Under the pieces are notes generated by a model. That model was given only the letters and a program-made list of their open reading frames with translations, was not told the DNA's origin and searched no databases. A stretch of 64,000 nucleotides of DNA from Octopus vulgaris. Lineage: Eukaryota. Below, in pieces: positions 1 through 12,589 of the stretch; positions within the stretch are counted from its first letter, which is position 1; every line of letters begins with the position of its first letter. A program made the position numbers and the translations under genes. The DNA is taken from positions 31,930,001-31,994,000 of the forward strand of contig OX597835.1 in NCBI GenBank assembly GCA_951406725.2. The letters run 5' to 3'.

Positions 1-59
1 TCGCGATTAGTGAGTTAAATAAACAATATGTTCTGTTGACAAAATAGAATATTTTTAAC

Positions 60-159
60 AAGTGTATTAATGCTTACGTATGAGCGTGTGCGTGCGCGTT
101 AGTGTTTGAGTAAGTGAGACAGTGAGTGAGTGAGATTGTGAGTGAGTGAGATAGATAGA

Positions 160-194
<35 letters not shown>

Positions 195-332
195 GACGTC
201 AGTGTTTATGCATATGTGAACAAATATATTTCTACACATTCATATATGTGCAAAATGTGCCCTTGCTCACGCAATCTTACGTTCACAGACACACACAGAC
301 ACACACACACACACATACACACACACACACAT

Positions 333-391
<59 letters not shown>

Positions 392-449
392 TAAATGAAA
401 TAAAACATATGCATATATATAAACATATATGTACGTACCTACCTCTACA

Positions 450-501
<52 letters not shown>

Positions 502-520
502 TATATGTATACATATATAT
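60..520. repeat. Microsatellite cluster (GAGT/GATA/GA/CA/TA)n
   Basis: Directly visible simple repeats. ORFs 206-572 are translations of these. Confidence 0.95.
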
Positions 521-587
521 ATTGCTTAAGATTTCTTCTCATGCAAAATAACCCTCTCCTGCTTATAGACAACGTGCAAAAGGGATA

Positions 588-846
588 AATAAAAATAAAT
601 GCGCCCTTTTAAATCCTAGCCAGGCTCATGGGTCCGGTTTCCCGGTTTCTATGGTGTATGTGTTCGCCAGCTGGACGGGACGCCAGTCTATCGTAGCGTT
701 AGTCATTTTTGCCAGCTGAGTGGACTGGAGCAATGTGAAATGAAGTGTTTTGCTCAAGACCACAACGCGTCGCCCGGTCCACGAATCGAAACCAACGTCT
801 TATGATTATGATGCTCACACCCTAACCACTAAGCCACGCGCCTCCA
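588..846 (-). mobile_element. tRNA-derived SINE (family C, CORE/Meta-like central domain)
   Basis: Minus strand has A box TGGCTTAGTGG, B box GGTTTCGATTC and CORE-like GTCTTGAGCAAAACACTT. Imperfect 13-bp TSD tgcaaaagggata/tgcgaaagagata. Confidence 0.85.
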
Positions 847-879
847 TGCGAAAGAGATACCTATAGAATAATTTAGGGC

Positions 880-1520
880 TACACGAGAAAGACGGACCAA
901 TCAACGGAACAGAATACCACTTTCATTAACACGCAATCCGCATCACCAAAACATTTTTAACATCATCAAAACAAATTTGCCAATCATGAAACAAAGTGAA
1001 AAACTGAAAAAAACATATTAACTAATCAAACACTTATCGTAAGCAAAATGCAATCACATGACCTAAAGAAACTATTAACAATGGCACAATTCAACTTGAA
1101 CAAACAGGATATATAACATTCACAGTTTTCAAGTGTATTGGTAACACATGTGGAATTTACCAATACATGCATACGGGTTGATCCATTAAAACAAAAAATG
1201 GAACAGATTTTTGCAAATGCAGATATGAACTGCAAAAGCAGAAGTTTTATCTATCGCATTAAATGCCTGAATTGCGAAGAACTATATATTGGTGAGATAG
1301 GGAATGCATTATAAGACTGCCCAGGAGTTCACGGACCACAAATCCGGAACACTAAATTTCGCCAGATTCCATTGAGCAAACATATAGATACATCTGGTCA
1401 GAAAATGTTTCTAATTTGTCCTTTCCACAAACTACATGACACAAGAGAAGTTGGAAGAAAGATAAAAAGGAAAACGGTTTATTAAAATGTTCAAACCTGC
1501 TCTGAACGGAAATAACAAAA
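880..1520 (+). mobile_element. Degenerate Penelope-like element 3' part (thumb/linker and GIY-YIG endonuclease)
   Basis: Manual translation ADMNCKSRSFIYRIKCLNCEELYIGEIG...RQIPLSKHID...FLICPF aligns with the GIY-YIG ORF at 40584-41027. Contains stops and frameshifts. Confidence 0.85.
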
Positions 1521-1639
1521 TTAATATAACAACTAATGATGTGGATTAAAGAATATTTTTAACGTATGAATATAACCAAATTACAGAAGACTCGCACCAA
1601 TTAAAATAAAAACGATCGAATTTGGAAAATATACAAAAA

Positions 1640-1975
1640 CCTAGTTAGCCGTCCACAGTTTCACTATATCAGCTACGGTGATCACAATTTTGTGACCTGT
1701 AGGCTGGACTTAGATAAGTTCCATAGACAGGGATCCGGCTGCTGGAAACTTAACACGTCACTTTTAGCTCATATGGAATACAGGAGTCGGATTAGACAGT
1801 TCGTGATGAGGGCATTGTGTGGTGCCATCATTAACAACAAATGGTGGTATGCCCCCAAAAGATACATAAAATATGAGTCTATTAGGTGTAGCGAAGAGTT
1901 AGTGGCTAAGAAAAATAGAGTTGAAAGGGCTTTAGTTAGGGGCTTAGATGAAGCACTGGAATCTGACTCCACACA
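1640..1975 (+). mobile_element. L1/Tx1-clade LINE ORF2 fragment (end of APE endonuclease)
   Basis: ORF 1692-1997 and upstream codons give DH..V...GCWKLNTSLL...WW...K, the typical post-endonuclease motif of Tx1/L1. Confidence 0.75.
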
Positions 1976-2261
1976 CTCCGAGTTTTCACCTAGATAGATA
2001 GATAGATAATTAGTTTTAAAAAACTGAGAAAAAGACAAGTAAAAACAACTCGAGGACTTGGTACATGCAAAATATTAATAAGACGCTCAGAGAAGGGAAG
2101 AAAGAGTGGTTGTCTTACGCTTCGAAGAAAGCTCTTCTTTGGAAACAGGAGCCATAGGGAAGTCCAAATGAAAAGAGTGAAGGAGGAAAAAAGTCGCCAA
2201 CAGTCAACATGAAGTTACATTTTGGAATATATATACGTGTGTGCGTGTGTGCATATATATA

Positions 2262-2413
2262 TGGCTGTATGGTAAGAAGCTTGCCTCCCAACCATATGGT
2301 TCCGGATTCAATCCTACTGCATGGCAAATAGGGCAAGTGCTTTCTTCTATAGTCTCGGCTAAGCCGAATCCTCGTGAATGGATATGATAGACGGAAACTG
2401 AAAGAAGCGTGTC

Positions 2414-2475
<62 letters not shown>

Positions 2476-2735
2476 GGAGGAGAGAAAGAGAGAGACAGCT
2501 CTATACATATTCATATTTGCGTCTTTGTTCCTCAACCATCGCTTGACAACCGCTGCTGGTGTCAGTATGTCTCGATAACCTAGCAGTCTGGCAATAGAGA
2601 CCCATAAAACAAGTCCTAGGCTTACAAAAAATAAGTCCTGGGGTCGATTTCTTCGACTAAAATCCTTAAAGTCGGTGCTCCAGTATGACCGCAGTCAAAT
2701 GACTGAAACGTGTAAACGAATACGTAATAAAAGAA
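2262..2735 (+). mobile_element. tRNA-derived SINE family A (internal microsatellite)
   Basis: Head tggctgtatggtaagaagcttgc...ggattcaatcc, body matching 44331-44780, internal (TA)n(GA)n. Confidence 0.85.
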
Positions 2736-2784
2736 ATACAAAAATTTATCTGTGTGTGTTTGCATGTATGCTTGTGTGTATGTA

Positions 2785-2856
<72 letters not shown>

Positions 2857-3016
2857 CATCTACCTATTTATCCATCTAACTATCTATCTATCTATCTATC
2901 CATCTACCTATCTATCCATCTACCTATCTATCCATCTACCTACCCACCTACCTATCTATCTATCTATCTATCTATCTATCCATCTATCTATCTATCTATC
3001 TATCTATCTCTCTATC

Positions 3017-3069
<53 letters not shown>

Positions 3070-3290
3070 TGGGTCAGGGGCATTACTTATTGAACGCCCC
3101 TCGTATGTATGTATGTATGTATGTATGTATGTATGTATGTATGTATGTATGTATGTATGTATGTATGTATGTATGTATGTACGCATGTATGTATGTCTGT
3201 ATGTATGTATATATATGTATGTATGTATGTGTGTGTGTGTATGTATGTATGTATGTATGTATGTATGTATGTATGTATGTATGTATGTAT
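2785..3290. repeat. (TCTA)n, (TAGA)n and (TATG)n microsatellites
   Basis: Directly visible. Confidence 0.95.
3078..3105 (-). mobile_element. Solo Tc1/mariner-type TIR fragment
   Basis: Minus strand TA|CGAGGGGCGTTCAATAAGTAATGC resembles mariner TIR starts. No partner seen. Confidence 0.5.
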
Positions 3291-4259
3291 TCCCGTATGA
3301 GATCCATTCCTGAATATGTCAGACTCTTTCAAGCGAGATATTTATTAATTTCAAAGGAAAATGTCTCGCACAAATAAAGATAAGAGATTAAAGACAACAA
3401 ATGTTTTAAGCCTTGTTAAATTTATATAGTTATTTCGACTTATAATCGTATTGGTGAAATCCTTAAGAAATCTTTTAACACAGCCTATCGACATACTGAG
3501 CGCCAATGCTATCTTTAAACAATCACATCGTTAAACATTTGAAAAGTTTGTTTGTCACTCGATTTGTGGAAGGGAAGAGTATGTAGAATGCTTGCATTTT
3601 ACACACGTATCTGAGTAGAGGTATACTTTAAATAATAATGAAGATTTGTGAATTACACACGGAATAGAGAGAAAGGTAACAGGGAAATGATTACGAATCG
3701 ACAGAGCCTAGAACAGGGTGGATAGGAGCAAAAGTAAATGAACAGAAGAAGAAATGCGCTCGAGAGAGAGAGAGACATAGAACAATACATAAGATAGATA
3801 GATAGAGAGAAGAGGGATAGCGCCAAAGGAACTACGAATTAGTCGTTGTTTGGGTATTTGGTATGTGCTAAAATTGCTTAAAATGCTATCTACTTAGAAT
3901 GTCCGTCACAGAGGTGAATATTTCATAGCTATCGTGACAGATTCTAATCCGAGAATTATGATGTGAATTTATCGCACCAAATATTTGTGATTTTCTTTTT
4001 GTTGTTCAGATAACAAATGTCAATTTAAAGTGAGAAAAGAGGTGCGTCACAATATTTTGAAATTATTTCCAATTATTTCTTCCTGGTTCCAATATTTCTA
4101 AATTTCTAAGTCAGGTTTATTTCCATAAATACGTTATTCATAGTATGTCTGCATGCAATAAATATATCGTTCTAAGTCTGAATATACGCGCAAAAACACA
4201 GATATAAATACATAATTACACACACACACACAGACACATTCACACATATATACATAGAT

Positions 4260-4675
<416 letters not shown>

Positions 4676-5421
4676 GTGTATACAGGGTTTTCGAGATTAA
4701 ATTGACGATTTTTACGTCTTGTTTTCCAGGAAGATTTTGATGAATATGTAAAAAGCTGAGGAGATTAAAATGATTAAATTTGTAGGTGAGAAAAAAGCTA
4801 GTTGACATGGAGTACCTGTAGCCATCTAATCATGTTACATGTGTCAATGATTAGCATCAGGTATTAAAATCCTGAGATTATGACTGCTGCTCAAAGCTTT
4901 GTGAACACGCTCAAAGGCGTAGAACTTGATCGATATGGACAGCGTTAAAAACAATTTCTCTCAAACTTTGATGGTCTTCAGATGTGTCCCGAATTACAGT
5001 AACGGTGTTTATGCCGAACCGCTAAGTTACGGGGACATATTACACCATTACTGACTGTCAGGCGGTGTTGATAGGTAAATACAGGCCGTTACACCTCTAT
5101 TAACAGATTGTTCTCATTTATATTTATGTACGTTTTTAGAAATATACCAGATGATATTATACAAGCCTTAATTGTTTGCTTTTCACGGAGCCTATTTTAT
5201 GGAGAGCAGCGTTCCAGTGACTATGAAGACTGTAACTTCACACTCCTCATATCTGTGTTCTATACATTTCCTGAAATTCGAATAATTCGGTGTGAACCAC
5301 AGTGATATGCGGCTCTATAAAAACACATCACCCTTGGGAATCACCTGTGACAATATTTGTATATTAAGAATAATGCGTTGCGAGTCATCAGTGATCCCCC
5401 GGATCAGTAACGTGCTAAACT

Positions 5422-5911
5422 GTGCGTCCCCAAAGTCCATCCCCTCCTCACCGTGGTGGAGACGCTGGCAACGGGTAGTGTCAGAGCTATGCCGTCGGGA
5501 ACTTCGGTTCCTGGTAGGGCCACCCAAGGGGGATTGTTCTGACACCGAGTGGTATTAGAGCCACAACCCTGGTGAAAATCCTGTTTCGGCAACCGGCGGC
5601 TCCTCGGTCGTTCTGTCCCTGCGTCTGCGGACAATCTGCGGCAAACAGGATGTCTCTACATGCGGGATTGTTGGGGACCGCTTGTGAAATCCACATATTC
5701 CCACGAAACTTCTTCCATGAATTCTCAATGGCGAATACAATGGAAACATCGGCTTGCGCCGATGGAACCGTGATTGGCTCGCTATCTCCAGTGAACTAGC
5801 GCAGGACCGTCGTGCGTGGGCTGCCATGGTTCGAGATGCCTCGAGGGTGGTAGAAGAAGCCGACTCAACACGCCCAGGGTGAATATCTCAACAAGTACAA
5901 GTATAAGTAAG
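5422..5911 (+). mobile_element. Non-autonomous bipartite RTE-LINE derivative (5' UTR fused to 3' end)
   Basis: 5' part resembles RTE 5' UTRs (cgtggtggag...agctatg...ctggtagggccacccaagg). 3' part encodes GLRRWNRDWLAISSELAQDRRAWAAMVRDA and ends in a (CAAGTA)-type tail. Possible TSD taaact at 5416-5421 and 5912-5917. Confidence 0.7.
5424..5533 (+). ncRNA. Candidate HDV-like self-cleaving ribozyme
   Basis: Manual fold: P1 gcgtcccc/ggagacgc, P2 tcccc/gggga, P3 tcc/ggt with L3 tcaccgt, possible P1.1 ca/tg, J4/2 ccaa. P4 region has a cUUCGg hairpin (5496-5513). Confidence 0.45.
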
Positions 5912-5951
5912 TAAACTAGAACGGATGAGGATTTCAGATGTGAGTCAATAT

Positions 5952-6221
5952 CTTTTATCTTTTATCTCTTACTTGTTTCAGTCTTTTGAGAGCGGTCATG
6001 CTGGGATGTCACCTTGAAGGTTTTTTTTAGTCAAACAAATGAACGTGTTTTTGAAACCTAGTATTCATTCTATCCTTCTCTTAAGCCGAACCGCTAAGTA
6101 ATGGTAACGTAAACCCACCAGCACCAGTTGTCAAGCGGTGGTGGGGGACAAACATCAACACAAAGATACACACTCATGCACAGACACATGCGTGCACACA
6201 CATATACAGATAGATAGATAA

Positions 6222-6308
<87 letters not shown>

Positions 6309-6459
6309 CGATGGGATTTTTCCAGTTTTCCTCTACCAAATTCGCCCACAAGGCTTTTGACTGTCAGTAGAAGACATATGCATAAGATTCAACGCAGTGG
6401 GACTGAACCCGGAATTATATGGTTAGGAGCAATCTTTTAAACAGACAGCCACGCCTACT
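5952..6459 (-). mobile_element. SINE family A with internal (GATA)n
   Basis: Homologous to 44331-44780. Confidence 0.85.
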
Positions 6460-6953
6460 TATAAACTTACAAAACAAAGCAAACTTCACACAGTTTTTCC
6501 TCTGATACCCTTAAAAAACAAAAAACAAAAAAACGCATCATTGATATCTAAGAGAACTTTCGTATAATTCTTGCATTTTACACAGATAGCTGCGACATAA
6601 TTCTCGTCACCGTATCTCAATATAATGGCTTCGAGATATACCTACAACTGGCTTCAATATCCGCATTAGTTTTTGAAATTCTTTTCTTTATTTATAAGTT
6701 CTGTTCTTTGGCGCATAGATTTCGAACATAAGAATTTGTATTATCGTCGTATAGAAATATTCGCTATATTCTTTATGACATAAAGAGATATATGGCTTGA
6801 GATATATCTTGATCTATGTCATGAAAATATTAAGATATATGCTATAATCGCACACATGGTACACATATATTTATGTATACGAGTGTCTGCGTGTTTGCAC
6901 GTGTGTGCATGGCAACCGAAATATTCATAAAAAATTATATATCTGTGTCAATG

Positions 6954-7018
<65 letters not shown>

Positions 7019-7165
7019 TGGAAGTGAGTATACGTTAATATGTATATAGGCACATTTATGGTATTATGGACATACAGACCTATATATGCAATTGGTGATG
7101 AGTGCGTGTGTACATATATAAGTATAAATACGTATACATACATATACATATATATAACATAATAT

Positions 7166-7227
<62 letters not shown>

Positions 7228-7345
7228 ATACACATATTTATATATCCACATATACATATAGATATCCGTATATATGCATGTATGCGTTTAGACATACACG
7301 CACACTAACACACACACATATACACACACATACATACACACACAC

Positions 7346-7439
<94 letters not shown>

Positions 7440-7444
7440 GAGTC

Positions 7445-7918
7445 AACTAGAAAAGCTCAAGCTTTATACTCTCCAACGCTGCTGTGAGCGCTAACTCATC
7501 TGCATGATGTGGAAAATATTTCATCAGCATTGCTCAGATGATGTTGGCCTTGCCTTTAAGATACACCCAAGACTTCGGCCCCGTGCTATCCCCAATACAC
7601 CGTAAATCATACTCGTATTAAGAATACGGCACAATTGTTTCACCTCAATTGGCCCCGTTGTCTTTAACATTACGCCAAAACTCATTAAAGCAGAAACAGA
7701 CGCGATAAAGTTCAAGAACACTTAGGACAAATTCTTTCAAAAAATCCCGGATGACCCTCCTATACCCGGATATGTCACCATAAACAATAACTCTCTCCTC
7801 GAATTGGCCATGTTGTCCGATTCCTGATTTGAATGTCTTTGCCGGGTTGTGCTATTAAGTTAGATATGGCGTGGGCCAATACTGACCGAAACCCATCAAG
7901 GTATCAAAGTATCAAAAT
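7445..7918 (+). mobile_element. CR1/Jockey-group LINE 3' end (degenerate)
   Basis: Translation KLKLYTLQR..ER....MWKI...GPVVFNITP...FKNT*DKFFQKIPDDPPIPGY. Short repeated tail atcaaggtatcaaagtatcaaa. Confidence 0.8.
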
Positions 7919-8302
7919 AAACACACACACACACACACACACGGACACAGACACACACATACACACATATATATATATATATATCACGCGTGTGATATAT
8001 ATATATATATCACGCAAACGTATAACTCCTTGTATGTCTAGCAGGTAAAATTCGATGAAAATGGGGATCGCTCTATAGGCAGCACAAACAGCAACTTTAC
8101 ACCTGAATTGAGAATCACCCACACACACGTGATTCCTCAGTGTAGCGGTATGGGACACCTTCACAGACTTATATGGCCACAGCTAATATTACCAACCACA
8201 GTGTACAAGGAAACCTAATGAAGTTGGCGCACAAGCTAATTCAATCTATGCTCTATGTATGTATGTATGTATGTATGTATGTATGTATGTATGTATGTAT
8301 GC

Positions 8303-8800
8303 AAGGTCGGGTCGTTGGTGACTAAACCGGCAATACCACCAGGCTTGCTTGGTGAGGAGGGTGTTTATTGGACACCCTGCGGGATAAAAAGCAAAACCCG
8401 TCAAAGGGCGGAGGAACTCTTGAGAGTCAACAGCCATCCAATAAATGTCTTAAGGCTGTATCATGCGTGGGGACATAGAAATAATCGGACTGAATAACCG
8501 ATCGCGCGGTTAAACCATTGGGAGTGAAGGACTACTAGACTTTGTTAGGGCATCCTTCAAGGAGAAGGTCACTCAGGTAACTGGGATAACTCCCACATAA
8601 AAGCTGCGGCTCAGTGGTTACCGATGATGTTGACTTGTTCTTCTTTTCGGATTATGGCTGCTGTTGCTTAGTGAGTGGGATTGGCTCAGTGCACAGCCTT
8701 TCCTCACTTTAAAAAAAATGTTCTTGCACAGGCATTGCACGATAACAACATTGATCAAGCTTCGTGTAATGGCCATACTCAATAACGAGGGGGCAGCCAC
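8303..8800 (+). mobile_element. (TATG)n-associated ~480-bp non-coding retroposon, copy 1
   Basis: Highly similar to 22389-22898 and 27028-27478 (both reverse). Flanked on both sides by (TATG)n. Confidence 0.85.
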
Positions 8801-10149
8801 TATGTATGTATGTATGTATGTATGTATGTATGTATGTATGTATGTATGTATGTATGTATGTATGCATGTATGAATGTATGTATGTATGTATGTATGCATG
8901 CATGCATGCATGTATGTATGTATGTATGTATGTATGTATGTATGTATGTATGTATTTAAGTATGACTGATAGATCGATTGAATGATTGACTGGTTGATTG
9001 ATAGATAGTTATCAATCTACAAGTGATAGATATGTTTCCATCGACTATAGAGAGTGATAGCAGAGTTAATATTTTACTACCTTAATCTGTTCAATACAGC
9101 CATTTTGAAACCAAAAATGTTACCTTTGTTATCTCATAAACTTTCGTTCTGCCAACCGCAACCACCCCATAATCGCTTGCTACTATGTCGCTCTTCTTAG
9201 CCCTAGTCTCATCAAACATCAATTACTCTTATCAGTATAAAGCCAGTAATTGTTAATTAAATATAGCGAGTTGTAGCCAAACTTCTATCTTCAAATAGGC
9301 GCTAATGATGTAAGTTCCACAAGATTTGTATCATTATCTGAATTCCTTCTTTTTTTCCCCTTTTCGTTATCGTTAAATTAAATTTTGTGGTGTGAAATAT
9401 CTAACGTATAGAATTAATCAAATAATTCTTTTGTTTGGTTTCAAACGTGGGATTACACTTTAAATGTATTATACTTTCATTTAAAAATCTATGATACAGA
9501 TTAACATAAAAAGAATACGGTAAAACCTGTAGAGTGTGCTCTTAAATGAACGAAATTAATACAATTATATCTTTCAATCCGTCGCTAGGTGTTGTAACAC
9601 CAGATGCATTTTGGGTGGATTTATTAGAGTTCATGATACGGCATGGATTTGGGTCGTGTGTGGTTGATACCATAGATTCGGGTACTGTGCTTGTCTTTAA
9701 ATTTATCGACAGACGTAGATGAAATGCATAACTCGGCAGGTTATAGAAGGAAACTGTGTGGAATCCCCTCGCATTTTATATATACACACATATATACATA
9801 TATATATATATGTATGCATGTATATGTATATATATTTTATATATATGCACATATATACATGTATATATATACATAGATATATATATGTATGTATATATAT
9901 ATACATATACATACATGCAAACACACACACACTTACATATGTATATATACTCTTTTACTTGTTTCAGTCATTTGACTGCTGGAGCACCGCCTTTAATCGA
10001 GCAACTCGATCCCGGGACTATATATATATATATATATATATACGGAAATAATATTATTCTAAAACGCATGATAATGCTAATAATATAACATGAACAGGAT
10101 AAAATATCCATAATTTGCAGAAAAATCTGTCGGCGGCCAGCCATGGAAC

Positions 10150-10550
10150 TTTTTACGTAGGCAAAGAGAAAAACAATGGATCAACATGACTCAGATTTTT
10201 ACCTATGAAGGTTATTTCAACGGACCGATCTACTTGGTAAAATTGACTGATTAATTAATTTGAAATTATAATTTACTCCATGATAGAATACTGTAGTTTT
10301 CTGCGGTACTGCTCGCAACATACACGTGGGTACAGGGGATGTGCACATTCGGCTGTGTATACTTTGTAAGTCTTTGTTGCACGATGTCGCTCGATCGTGT
10401 GCATATTTAACCGTAGCACTTTCAAATTTTATTATTGGAAATGCTACACTGAAGTGAGAAGTAAGTAATTAAGCACTTTAATCTCGAAACGCGTCTGTAG
10501 CTCATCGGAGTCGAGTTGATTCGTTGTTTTTCTCTTTGCCTACGTACAAA
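10150..10550 (+). mobile_element. PLE terminal-repeat remnant bounded by ~40-bp inverted repeats
   Basis: 10150-10192 is the reverse complement of 10508-10548. Contains a hammerhead motif. Confidence 0.6.
10443..10501 (+). ncRNA. Minimal type-I hammerhead ribozyme (A9U variant)
   Basis: gctaca CTGAAGT gaga...tctc GAAA cgcg TC tgtagc. Perfect 6-bp stem I, palindromic stem III ACGCGT. Confidence 0.7.
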
Positions 10551-10669
10551 AGTGTGTTACTGTCGTACGGATTCTTACAGTAGTAGAAAAGGAATATTTA
10601 ACTCTTATTTCTAAATTCGGTATGTGGTGAAGCAATTAGCTGAGCCCTAATTATAATTATGTTTATAAT

Positions 10670-10720
<51 letters not shown>

Positions 10721-10787
10721 CACACACACACTAACATATATATATATATATATATATGTATAAGAGAACAAAGTGTATGTTCACCGC

Positions 10788-10816
<29 letters not shown>

Positions 10817-10822
<6 letters not shown>

Positions 10823-11036
10823 AAATACAAAATCGGACAAGAACGCTTTCCTTGGGGCTGGCCAGATTGGAGCAATCTCAAAATCAATCAGCCAAAATTG
10901 CGAAGTTGATCCGGTTCTTGACCGAAGATAAAAGGCGTCCTTGTTTTTTTTGTATCGTCTATCTGGATATTTTGTTGTCCCTTTTTGTATCATCTAGTTG
11001 TCCGGATGATTTGCGTTCTTGTCCCATTTTCTATTT

Positions 11037-11041
<5 letters not shown>
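10817..11041. mobile_element. ~225-bp element with ~28-bp inverted termini inserted in (TA)n (probable PLE pLTR remnant)
   Basis: aataaaatacaaaatcggacaagaacgc versus gcgttcttgtcccattttctattttatt. Related reverse copy at 61653-61775. Confidence 0.65.
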
Positions 11042-11084
<43 letters not shown>

Positions 11085-11094
11085 TGGAGAATAT

Positions 11095-11280
11095 TCTTCG
11101 CAGCATTTTATTCGTTTTCACCTTCTGATGTTCAAATTCCTGCTGAGGTCGATTTTGCCTTTAATTCTTTCGTGAAACGATCAAATAAGTGCCAGTCAAG
11201 CGTTGGAGTCGATGTAATTTCATTTATTCCATCTTTTTGGCGAAATTTGATTTCAATATGTTATTTTGGGACCAGCAAAG
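11095..11280 (+). mobile_element. Degenerate SINE family B fragment
   Basis: gttcaaattcctgctgaggtcgattttgcctttaattctttcg matches family B. Confidence 0.7.
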
Positions 11281-11349
11281 TCTGAGTTCTCTTTATGAAA
11301 TACCCACATCACATTTAATAGTGAGGCGTTTCTAACATCCACCCACCTG

Positions 11350-11418
11350 CTCTTCCTCCTCCTCCTCCTCCTCCTCCTCCTCATCATCATCATCATCATC
11401 ATCATCACCATCATCATT

Positions 11419-11449
<31 letters not shown>

Positions 11450-11520
11450 ACAGCAACAACAATATCAGCATTATCACTTTAGGCATTGTCATCATCGTCT
11501 CAGCCGTTATCGTCGTCATT
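11350..11520. repeat. (CCT)n(CAT)n trinucleotide repeats
   Basis: Directly visible. Confidence 0.9.
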
Positions 11521-11740
11521 GATTTCTGTCGAGTTGTTGCGTCTGTTGTATGTTATTGTAGTTCGGGAAATGCTAATCAAGTCTCGAAGCACTACAGTGT
11601 TATCATACTGTAGTGCCTCGAGAGTTGGCTAGCATTCCTTGATTTCTTGCTGTGAGTGCTAATACCTGCCCCTGGCCACGGCAAGTTGTGATGTATTCAT
11701 TCTGGATTTCTGTAGACACACACACCCACACACATATATG

Positions 11741-11800
<60 letters not shown>

Positions 11801-11889
11801 CAAAGAGACAAAGAGAGAGAAAAAGAAAGAAAGAGTCAGACATACATACGGACAGACAAACAGGCAGAAGGATAGACAGACAGACAAAC

Positions 11890-11942
<53 letters not shown>

Positions 11943-12468
11943 CATACATACATACATACATACATACATACATACATACATACATACATACATACATACA
12001 TACATAGAAGCATGTTTGTACAGAAACAGTTTTTTTTTTTCTTCTGAAGAGTATGTCAGAATTTGTAAGGTTATTCTCAATATTTACCTTTACTTTTATT
12101 TGAATTCAGCGAGTAATTGTGGCTGTACTGGAGCATCGCCTTTAATCCGATTGATTTTTATACCAAACCCAATTCTCAAACCACTCTTAGGAACTGTTTC
12201 TAATGAATTAGCGAATTGGTTGGGACTGCACTTCTTTGTGTTTCCTGCCGCCATGTGAGTGCTACTGGTGCCCCTCATAAACTTTTTTTCAATTTGTTTC
12301 GACAGAATGCTGTAAAGTTATGAATCCTTCAAAACCACATATTTTCCTCTTTGTCATGTTATTCCTCAGACGTTCATGTGGCACCGGTTGTGAAACGGTG
12401 ATAAGGAACAAATACAGACCCAAAGATACACACACATACACACACACGGGCACATACTCACACCCCCC

Positions 12469-12525
<57 letters not shown>

Positions 12526-12553
12526 TGTATATATATATATATGCATGTATGTA

Positions 12554-12589
<36 letters not shown>

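Noticed and set aside
2105-2150. Hammerhead-like remnant on the minus strand (gaagagc..ttcgaagcgtaag)
   Set aside because: The core is too degenerate to support a call from this copy.
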